Origin: a virus
Taxonomy: Duplodnaviria > Caudoviricetes
DNA: 30,626 nt
Virus record (IMG/VR): IMGVR_UViG_3300032303_000924
Coordinates: 1-30,626 of that record
Reading direction: 5' to 3' (one strand)
Below the pieces are notes generated by a model. It did no database searches and was not told where the DNA came from. It saw only the letters and a program-made list of their open reading frames with translations. Shown here one piece after another: positions 23,937-30,626 of the stretch (its first letter is position 1; each line of letters begins with the position of its first letter). The translations under genes and the position numbers were made by a program.

Positions 23937-26900
23937 CGTGTTTGTGTATAGTAAAGCGTTAAAACGGCTTGGCCTAACATTGGGAATCCAATCCCAGCGC
24001 TTGTTACTTTAAATCGGTGTTGAGTTGTGTCAGTGCTTGTGTCAATACTTAAAACAAACGTTATTGTACCCGATGCATCGCTAGTAATTGGAATAGGTGT
24101 ACTCGCTACGGCAACGCCTCCAATCTTTTCAATATATAGTGAGCCCGTTTGGTAAAACGCTTTTCCGTTTACATCTGAGACTTGCAAAACATAAAGCGCC
24201 GTTATCGATGTTCCATCCGGTAAACTTATTCGAGTTATTGCGGTTCCATCATTACCGGTGGCAATTTCAATACTTTGACCCGCTGCGGTAAAATTGCGAG
24301 TATTGGCCAAAATTATAACCCCACTTTGTTGGTTTCCTTCATTACTAGAAACACGATCGCCCCCACCGTAATGGATGCCCATTATATTGGTGAATGCATT
24401 TTTTCCCAAAATGGCCGAGCCTCGATTTGCCCCCTCTAATTTCAATTGGTTACCAACCGCAAGCGTGTTTGAGTTATCTGCATCGATTGTAATATTTTCA
24501 CCTGCAAAAACGCTAAAAGTATTACCAACGTCGATGTTTGTATTTGCGGTCCGAGCCAAAACGTTGCTCGGCGAACCATTCACCCCAACATTGAGCATAA
24601 GCGCCGCGGCTGAACCTCCCCCGCCATCGGGATCTAAAATAATTGGCGTTCCATAGCTCAAACATTGATTAAGGCCAAAACTCCACGTGTAGCCGTAACG
24701 CTCGCAACAAATTTCAGTCGGTGGCACCGGATTGCCATTAATATCTGCAAATTCGATAACCTGAGCAACGGCTTCGGTAAACACTACCGTGGTCGGTATT
24801 CCTTCACAATCTGGCCCGGGTTCCGTTATTTTGATGAGCTTAACCTTTACGCTCTCAGCGTTGCCTACTTTGTAATCGGATATTTCTAAAATGCGCCAAT
24901 ATGAATCTTTTATAAAATAACGGTCGGCATAACTAAAAGTCAAAATATCTGTCAAATCGAGAGCAAAATAAGCCTCTAAAATTCGAGCCTCAGGATTATA
25001 AAGCCCATTTAAATAGTCGCGCCAATACTCGTTAAATAGGTTTTTGTAAGGATTTGTTATTATGGTATGCAAGGGCGTTTCGGGATTAAAATTTAAATCG
25101 TAATCCCCAACGGATGCGTTAACGCTTGAGTAATGGTTGAACACATTCACGGCTGTATCTACCACCGCTTCGGTGTCATCATTATAAACGCTCATAGTTG
25201 CCACGTCAGCCAAAAAGAGAAACCTCAAATTTGGAATTAAAAACTCGCCCTTATCATTAATAAATTTCGGAATCGGAATCGATGTTCCATTGATATAACT
25301 CGCGGGCGTGCTCTCGGCCACTAACTGCGTTTTTAAATCTCCACTAGCGAATTGATTGGGCGTATTATTCGCGCTCACCGTGTAACCATCAATAATTTTA
25401 TATTCGCCATACGTACGACCGCTCTCGGTGAAAAGTTTGGAATTATAATCGCCCCCCGGTTTGTAGCTAAATAGAAAATTGCGGCGCTGTATTTCAGTTG
25501 TTGGACTGAGTGTTATATCCTTCGCAATATCTAATTTTGAAGTCCAATCGTAATCGTTGCCGCTCGCTATATAGTCACGAATTGGCACTATGGACAATTG
25601 GCTCGGTATGGTGCGAGATGGTACCAATACAGCCGCGTGCATCGCCAACACGTCGCGAATAAAATCAACTTGTTTGATATTTGGCGCGTTTGTTTGGTAA
25701 TTGATTGTCGCGCCATAGTTACGAGTAAAATTTACAAGTTCCCAACCTGAACCAGCGGCGGGGTCATTTGTTGCTGAACCGCGGAAAATTGGCGTTCCGT
25801 TAAATTCGGTATAGCAGACAATGCTTTGCCCGGATGCCATGTAAATCGGAACCGTGGTAAATAGCACGTTTTGAACTACGCCATTATTTTGGTCTGTTCC
25901 TGAAATTGCAACCTCGTGATTAACAACCACAACCCCATTTAAGATTAATCGCACCCCTCCAACGTTTGCCCCAAATGATCCCACGGGCTGAACGTGTAAC
26001 CAAACTCTAAAAGTAAAAAATCCATCAAATGGAGCGTAAAATTTGTAAATTCCATAAGCTCCGCCATTATTGACAAGCGCGGGAAATTCTAAATTATTAT
26101 GGTCGGTCACTGAGGTGTTAGAAGTAAAACCCGCGTTAAAGTAAATATCTCCAACCTGTTCAACCGTCGCCACATTTTGCGCCGACAGCCACGGGCACCA
26201 ATAACCGGATAAAATCGTTTGAAGTGGTGTCGGCGCCAGCGTAAAACCAGCCTCAGCTATCGAATGATAAAAAAGCGTCCATGCGTTTACAAATGGTGTA
26301 AGGTCACCCGCATAAATTGGGTTTTCAGAATTTTGAATTGGGCGCGTGTTAGCCTCGCCCGCTTGGCTCCAACGTTGGCCGCGATCAACAATCCCCCAAG
26401 CTCTATTACTATTTACGTCCGTTGCATTAACGTAGGTAATTGTTTCGTTTAATGTGCTCAAATACCCAATATCTCGGAGCATTTTATCGCCAACGGATCT
26501 AAATAGATCGGGAGCCTCTCCGTAAAAACAAATTTGAATGTCGGCGATTTGGTCGTTTCGTTTAAACGTCTTTAAAACCCGTATGTGGCCGCGAGCTATG
26601 GGTAAAGTGTCTACTCTAATTTCGGCAGGTATGCGCGTTTGGTAAACGTTATCAGTATCGCTAAACGTGAATGAATCGAGCAACCCGAACACCTCGGTGT
26701 TTCGGTCGCTTGCGGGAATTCTAAACTCGCGCGTGAAATCTCCAAGTGCGGCAAACGTGCCCATGTCCTGAAAGTTGAAAGTTTGCGAAATTGATTCGAG
26801 CGGGTACAAATCGAGATAAACCTCAACGCCTGTTGGTGCACTGTAAAAAATCGGAGTATCTAAAAAGAAAATTACAGGTTCAAAAAAAATAGTATAAATG

Positions 26901-27118
26901 CCCGGGTAAACAGTATCGAATTCGACCGCTGTAATTGTGGCCGTATATTCATTATCGGAGGCATCAGTTATGGTTACGATTTGACCAATGATGCCCGTTG
27001 GATTATCGACAAACGCCGAACCTACTTTGTTAACTCCACCTCCACCAGCTGGCTCACTCAATGAACCACTAACAAGCGCTCCCGCTTTTCTAACTATTAA
27101 GTGAACCTCGTTTTGCAT
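23933..27118 (-). CDS. Large tail tip/hub protein (~1061 aa, likely start 27118)
   Basis: LDLY..ESI, F.R.FRIPAS..N...F, DWT.KLD, NLFNEYW..Y...LY; beta-rich C-terminus; TAATG coupling to the upstream gene. Confidence 0.75.
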   Translation of the reverse strand: MQNEVHLIVRKAGALVSGSLSEPAGGGGVNKVGSAFVDNPTGIIGQIVTITDASDNEYTATITAVEFDTVYPGIYTIFFEPVIFFLDTPIFYSAPTGVEVYLDLYPLESISQTFNFQDMGTFAALGDFTREFRIPASDRNTEVFGLLDSFTFSDTDNVYQTRIPAEIRVDTLPIARGHIRVLKTFKRNDQIADIQICFYGEAPDLFRSVGDKMLRDIGYLSTLNETITYVNATDVNSNRAWGIVDRGQRWSQAGEANTRPIQNSENPIYAGDLTPFVNAWTLFYHSIAEAGFTLAPTPLQTILSGYWCPWLSAQNVATVEQVGDIYFNAGFTSNTSVTDHNNLEFPALVNNGGAYGIYKFYAPFDGFFTFRVWLHVQPVGSFGANVGGVRLILNGVVVVNHEVAISGTDQNNGVVQNVLFTTVPIYMASGQSIVCYTEFNGTPIFRGSATNDPAAGSGWELVNFTRNYGATINYQTNAPNIKQVDFIRDVLAMHAAVLVPSRTIPSQLSIVPIRDYIASGNDYDWTSKLDIAKDITLSPTTEIQRRNFLFSYKPGGDYNSKLFTESGRTYGEYKIIDGYTVSANNTPNQFASGDLKTQLVAESTPASYINGTSIPIPKFINDKGEFLIPNLRFLFLADVATMSVYNDDTEAVVDTAVNVFNHYSSVNASVGDYDLNFNPETPLHTIITNPYKNLFNEYWRDYLNGLYNPEARILEAYFALDLTDILTFSYADRYFIKDSYWRILEISDYKVGNAESVKVKLIKITEPGPDCEGIPTTVVFTEAVAQVIEFADINGNPVPPTEICCERYGYTWSFGLNQCLSYGTPIILDPDGGGGSAAALMLNVGVNGSPSNVLARTANTNIDVGNTFSVFAGENITIDADNSNTLAVGNQLKLEGANRGSAILGKNAFTNIMGIHYGGGDRVSSNEGNQQSGVIILANTRNFTAAGQSIEIATGNDGTAITRISLPDGTSITALYVLQVSDVNGKAFYQTGSLYIEKIGGVAVASTPIPITSDASGTITFVLSIDTSTDTTQHRFKVTSAGIGFPMLGQAVLTLYYTQTR

Positions 27119-28404
27119 TAGCTCCAATAATCTTGGCTATAACTCAATTTCAGAGTTACGTTATATAATTTCCCGTTACGATCGCGACGCTCTAAAAAAG
27201 AGGTGTCCTCAACACTCACGGGTGTATGAGTGCCGTTTAAATTTACGATGTGCACTTGATTCGACGCTAATAACGACCTCAAAAAAATGTACTCGTTTTC
27301 CTGCAACCAATCGGAGTTAATTGTTAGAATGCGGGTAACTACGTTTTGGCGGTCGTATTGCTGGCGATCGGTAGTTGAGAAAATTGTCGAGGTGCTATTG
27401 AATAAAACCCGCTTGTATTGTTTGCGGTCGATTTGATTCGTAACCTCATTTTTTTTTATGAAATTGAAATAGTCCCAACCACCTCGCGAGCTCACCCAAG
27501 CCACTCTAACGTTATTATAACGGCAATCGTATTGTCCATAAAGTTCAGCATTATAAAAAATGTAGTATTTAGAAACGCGAGCCGACGCACTCCACGCGCT
27601 TACCTTATAAAATCGAAAGCCATTTGCCGTTGGATCAGGTATAGAGGGCACTGTTGAATTTTTTAAATTTTGAGGCCCTATCGGAATGCCTTCTTGCACT
27701 GAGCCGTCAACATTCACATATAATGCACTCGTGGCACCATTCTCGGCGGTCAATTGAATATAATACCGCGTTACATTATTTGGAGTTGAATAGGTGTCAA
27801 TGCCTTGCAAAAATAAAAGGCCCCAATCGCTCTCTAGCGTTGGAATGAAAATAGTGGCACTATCCGGGGTAATGCCAAAACTTTGGGCCAGCGGCCAAAC
27901 ATGAGTATTTAATTGGCGGTCGCTTTGTAAATAGTCCGCTATGTTATTATTTGGAATCTTAATACTCTTATTTGAGCTTGTGAAAACATTTGGCCTGTAA
28001 CCATCCGACGGTTGTAAATAACCATTATAAACCGCGGTTGTGGTTGATTCGCTCACGCCCTCATTTTCGGTAAAAACCGCGTCAACTATCCACCACTCCG
28101 AAAAAGTCAAATTATAAGAGCGCCACGAATTTCCCTCGGGTTCAACGTAAGTGGCCGCCGTGGTTCCGTGAATATTGCCATTTTCGGCATTGTGCAATAA
28201 AACGAGTGGATTTAAATCAAAAAAGGCGTTACCGTTTGGGCTTGGATCTAAAAAAAACTCGTATGTTTTGGCCGCCGCTACATCCTCAACTGAAATCCCA
28301 AATTTAAACCCAGCATTTGAGCTATTGTCTGAGCTCAAATTATAAATGAGCTTTTGGCCCCGAGGTGTCCACGTATAAGGTTGATCGTTTATTGTAATCG
28401 CCAT
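27118..28404 (-). CDS. Tail structural protein (distal-tail-like position)
   Basis: 428 aa; C-terminal W....GGWDYFNF and LTINSDWL.E.E...L..LL.S motifs; directly upstream of the hub. Confidence 0.65.
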   Translation of the reverse strand: MAITINDQPYTWTPRGQKLIYNLSSDNSSNAGFKFGISVEDVAAAKTYEFFLDPSPNGNAFFDLNPLVLLHNAENGNIHGTTAATYVEPEGNSWRSYNLTFSEWWIVDAVFTENEGVSESTTTAVYNGYLQPSDGYRPNVFTSSNKSIKIPNNNIADYLQSDRQLNTHVWPLAQSFGITPDSATIFIPTLESDWGLLFLQGIDTYSTPNNVTRYYIQLTAENGATSALYVNVDGSVQEGIPIGPQNLKNSTVPSIPDPTANGFRFYKVSAWSASARVSKYYIFYNAELYGQYDCRYNNVRVAWVSSRGGWDYFNFIKKNEVTNQIDRKQYKRVLFNSTSTIFSTTDRQQYDRQNVVTRILTINSDWLQENEYIFLRSLLASNQVHIVNLNGTHTPVSVEDTSFLERRDRNGKLYNVTLKLSYSQDYWS

Positions 28405-28405
28405 T

Positions 28406-28927
28406 TTATTTAATGTATTTATCGGCTTTTAATCTCAATTGTTGCAGCACCTCACGGCGGTAAAACGTGCGGAAAGCCGAGCCGCTTTTTCTAAATGTGT
28501 CTTGGAACGCATCGCGCATATAATACACGCCCACAATGCCACGCCGTCCAATACTTTGAGCCATTCGCCGAGCTTGGAAATCCTCGCTCACATCCGGGGT
28601 GAAAAGCCCTTTTAATTTCATCCATTTGTAAATTGGCGCAACAGGTGGCCACGTTGCTGGGTCGGAGTTTGGCGTGCGACCTTTCTCTATTACGTCAGCG
28701 TAATTGCGTGTGGTCGTATCATTTGCAGGAACTCCGAACCATTGAATAATTTTAGGCCCTCTTTTAAAATAGCCATAAGTCAATTTAGCCGATAGGTTGC
28801 CCGTTGCTATTCTATTAACGGAACGGCCTCGTATATTCCGTTTACGCTTAAGGTTTGCACGCGCCTGTTTAATAACGCCATTGGCGAAGTCATCCAAGAT
28901 TTGGCGATTTTCCGCGAGCGATGCCAT
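28406..28927 (-). CDS. Putative neck/tail-completion protein (HK97 gp10-like)
   Basis: Basic protein with ATGNL..., YA.VIEKGR.P...PPV.PI.KW...KG, I.RRGI...YM.DA. Confidence 0.6.
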   Translation of the reverse strand: MASLAENRQILDDFANGVIKQARANLKRKRNIRGRSVNRIATGNLSAKLTYGYFKRGPKIIQWFGVPANDTTTRNYADVIEKGRTPNSDPATWPPVAPIYKWMKLKGLFTPDVSEDFQARRMAQSIGRRGIVGVYYMRDAFQDTFRKSGSAFRTFYRREVLQQLRLKADKYIK

Positions 28928-29187
28928 TAAATGAGAATTAAATTTAATTGAGTTGCGGCATAATTGTACGCCTCGGCATTAGAATCTCCGCTTGCACCCC
29001 AGTTTGTATAGTCACTGCCCGAAATTGGCAATCCACCCTCAGCAACACAAGCCCCTTCAATAGTGCAAAGTTGATAAATGAAATTTGCCGAGCTTTCGAG
29101 ATCATCGTAACTGACGTAAAGCGTTAAGCTCACAGCCTCCAACGTTTCGCCAGCGTTCCAAATGTTTATTGCTTGTATATTTTTCAT
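28927..29187 (-). CDS. 86-aa fibre-associated protein (likely start 29187)
   Basis: MKNIQAINIW...YDDL...A.F.YQL...G.L.ISG.DY.NW; immediately follows the fibre gene. Confidence 0.6.
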   Translation of the reverse strand: MKNIQAINIWNAGETLEAVSLTLYVSYDDLESSANFIYQLCTIEGACVAEGGLPISGSDYTNWGASGDSNAEAYNYAATQLNLILI

Positions 29188-29188
29188 A

Positions 29189-30626
29189 TTATAATGTTTG
29201 AAATTGTAGTACTGAACCCGCTTTAATTGCCAACGTGCCCGCAGTTGCCACCGATTTACCAAAGCGCATTATAACGGTACCATTTGCGTTGGCAACAATT
29301 AACCCCTCAATGGTGACGTATTGCTGAGTAGTAACTGCACCTGTAGTAGTCGTGGCTGAATCGAGAGCGAAGGCGCCCCAAGTGGTAATCCCTGTTTGCA
29401 AGCCGCTGACGTTAGTAGTGCGATAAACAATGGAACCCACGCCCACGTTAGCGTTAACGGCAAATTTGCATCCGGTAGCCGATGCGGATGTTTGCACTTG
29501 CAATTCAGCGCGAAAACGATATGAATTACCCGAAGTTATTGCGAACGATAGCCCCGTTATATCGGCCAACGTTGTATTAGAAGCCGTAATGTTTACGTCG
29601 CTTGTAAGTGTTACATAACTTATTTGGTTAGCAATACCTAAGTCACTTTTTAGCTGGGCAAGTGTTAAGGCCGTTACCGTATTATTTGCATTTATTCGCA
29701 AGTAACTAATTACACTCGGGTCGGCAAGTGTCGCTAGTGCCGTGCCAACCGTTGTTAATCCAATCGAGTTTTGTTTACCGTTAAAAGTTGACCAATCAGC
29801 AGCGGTTAAAAATCCAGCTTGGCCTGAGGTCGCTTTCTGAGCATTAGTATAATCAATTGAAATAACTCCACTTGTTGCGTTAAAATCAGCCGCGGTAAAT
29901 GCTGCGGCTCCTTTGGTTGATCCATCCGCTGCTGCATCGGCAATGCTCAACGTTCGATTAGCGCTTAAATCGCCACCCCCGGAAAGTGGTGAGGTTGTAG
30001 ATATGCTTCGAGCTGTTCCAACTTTTGAGTTAAATGTTGACCAATCAGCACTTGATAGAGCGCCCCGATTTGATGCAGATGCAGTGGGCAAATTGAAAGT
30101 GTGCGCCGTGCCCGCTGAGCTAATTGCAAAATCCGTTCCCGAAGTACCAACTCCCATCGTTTGCACCGCACCCGTGAGCGAGTTAATCGCGGTTATTCCA
30201 GTACCTGCTAAGATGCCTGCCTGTTGTGTAACTGTTAATATAGATGAAGGTATTGACGGGTGTGGAGCTGTAGCCGAAGCGGCTACTATTTCAACATTTG
30301 TATTGGTCGTTGCCCACATTAGTTGAACATAATCCCCTGCTACTAAATCGAGAACGTAATTCCAAGCCGCCACAACCGGAGAGGCATTTGCACTACCTGT
30401 AAGCACTATTTTTCCAGTGGTTGAAGGAACGTCAACACCATTTTTTCTTATCCAAATATCAGCAATCATGTTACCGCTTCCACCCGTTTTCTCCAGTTGC
30501 AGCGAAAACTGAATGTTATAGATTCCTGTATTTGCCAATGTTACTCTTGTAGGATTCGAGCTGCCATCATTTACAACGGTTACACCATTCGATAAATCAG
30601 TAGTATTGAATTTTACTGCATAGGCA
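29189..30626 (-). CDS. 3' part of the ~1013-aa fibre protein starting at 1727
   Basis: In frame across the junction; YYGAFQDTTSQTA...GIYNIQFSLQL beta domain, ADWSTFN repeats x2, terminal beta-sandwich-like domain. Confidence 0.9.
   Translation of the reverse strand, partial: AYAVKFNTTDLSNGVTVVNDGSSNPTRVTLANTGIYNIQFSLQLEKTGGSGNMIADIWIRKNGVDVPSTTGKIVLTGSANASPVVAAWNYVLDLVAGDYVQLMWATTNTNVEIVAASATAPHPSIPSSILTVTQQAGILAGTGITAINSLTGAVQTMGVGTSGTDFAISSAGTAHTFNLPTASASNRGALSSADWSTFNSKVGTARSISTTSPLSGGGDLSANRTLSIADAAADGSTKGAAAFTAADFNATSGVISIDYTNAQKATSGQAGFLTAADWSTFNGKQNSIGLTTVGTALATLADPSVISYLRINANNTVTALTLAQLKSDLGIANQISYVTLTSDVNITASNTTLADITGLSFAITSGNSYRFRAELQVQTSASATGCKFAVNANVGVGSIVYRTTNVSGLQTGITTWGAFALDSATTTTGAVTTQQYVTIEGLIVANANGTVIMRFGKSVATAGTLAIKAGSVLQFQTL
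30504..30626. repeat. Terminal direct repeat copy 2
   Basis: Identical to 1-123. Confidence 0.95.

Noticed and set aside
30504-30626. 123-bp repeat as a true virion terminal repeat
   Set aside because: It falls mid-gene with the frame intact, as expected for an assembler overlap of a circular or permuted genome.
1-30626. Alternative genetic code, tRNA genes, introns/inteins
   Set aside because: TAA, TAG and TGA all end sensible genes; coding density is high under the standard code; TerL and DnaB have normal lengths; no cloverleaf was recognised in the short intergenic gaps.

Overview
The window is a complete, circularly assembled ~30.5-kb tailed-phage genome. Bases 1-123 equal 30504-30626, so the unit length is 30,503 bp, and one ~1013-aa gene runs across the junction. 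The host is probably Bacteroidota (TAnnTTTG -7 promoter boxes, A-rich translation starts without Shine-Dalgarno). The + strand arm (5947-14791) carries HTH and DnaA-domain-IV-like proteins, a misplaced terminase large subunit, duplicated small early genes, a Sak/Rad52-like annealase with a YqaJ exonuclease, a lambda-O-style initiator, DnaB, a Mom-like GNAT, NinG and an SSB-like protein. The - strand arm carries an ECF-like sigma factor, a ParB-N + TAGT/GREB1-like glycosyltransferase cassette, TerS, a frameshifted G/GT tail chaperone, and tail, head and lysis genes in a non-canonical order. I see no integrase, DNA polymerase, tRNA, CRISPR array or reverse transcriptase. The most interesting signals are: (i) a candidate ~70-nt antisense RNA in the late region, complementary in two segments to the translation starts of dnaB, the recombinase and an unannotated 28-aa peptide; (ii) a pseudoknot-like leader before the initiator; (iii) a possible second frameshift at the portal domain boundary; (iv) two DNA-hypermodification enzymes without their usual partners; (v) a strand-biased CCCCAAAACG repeat. 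All product calls come from motif recognition only; no database searches were run.
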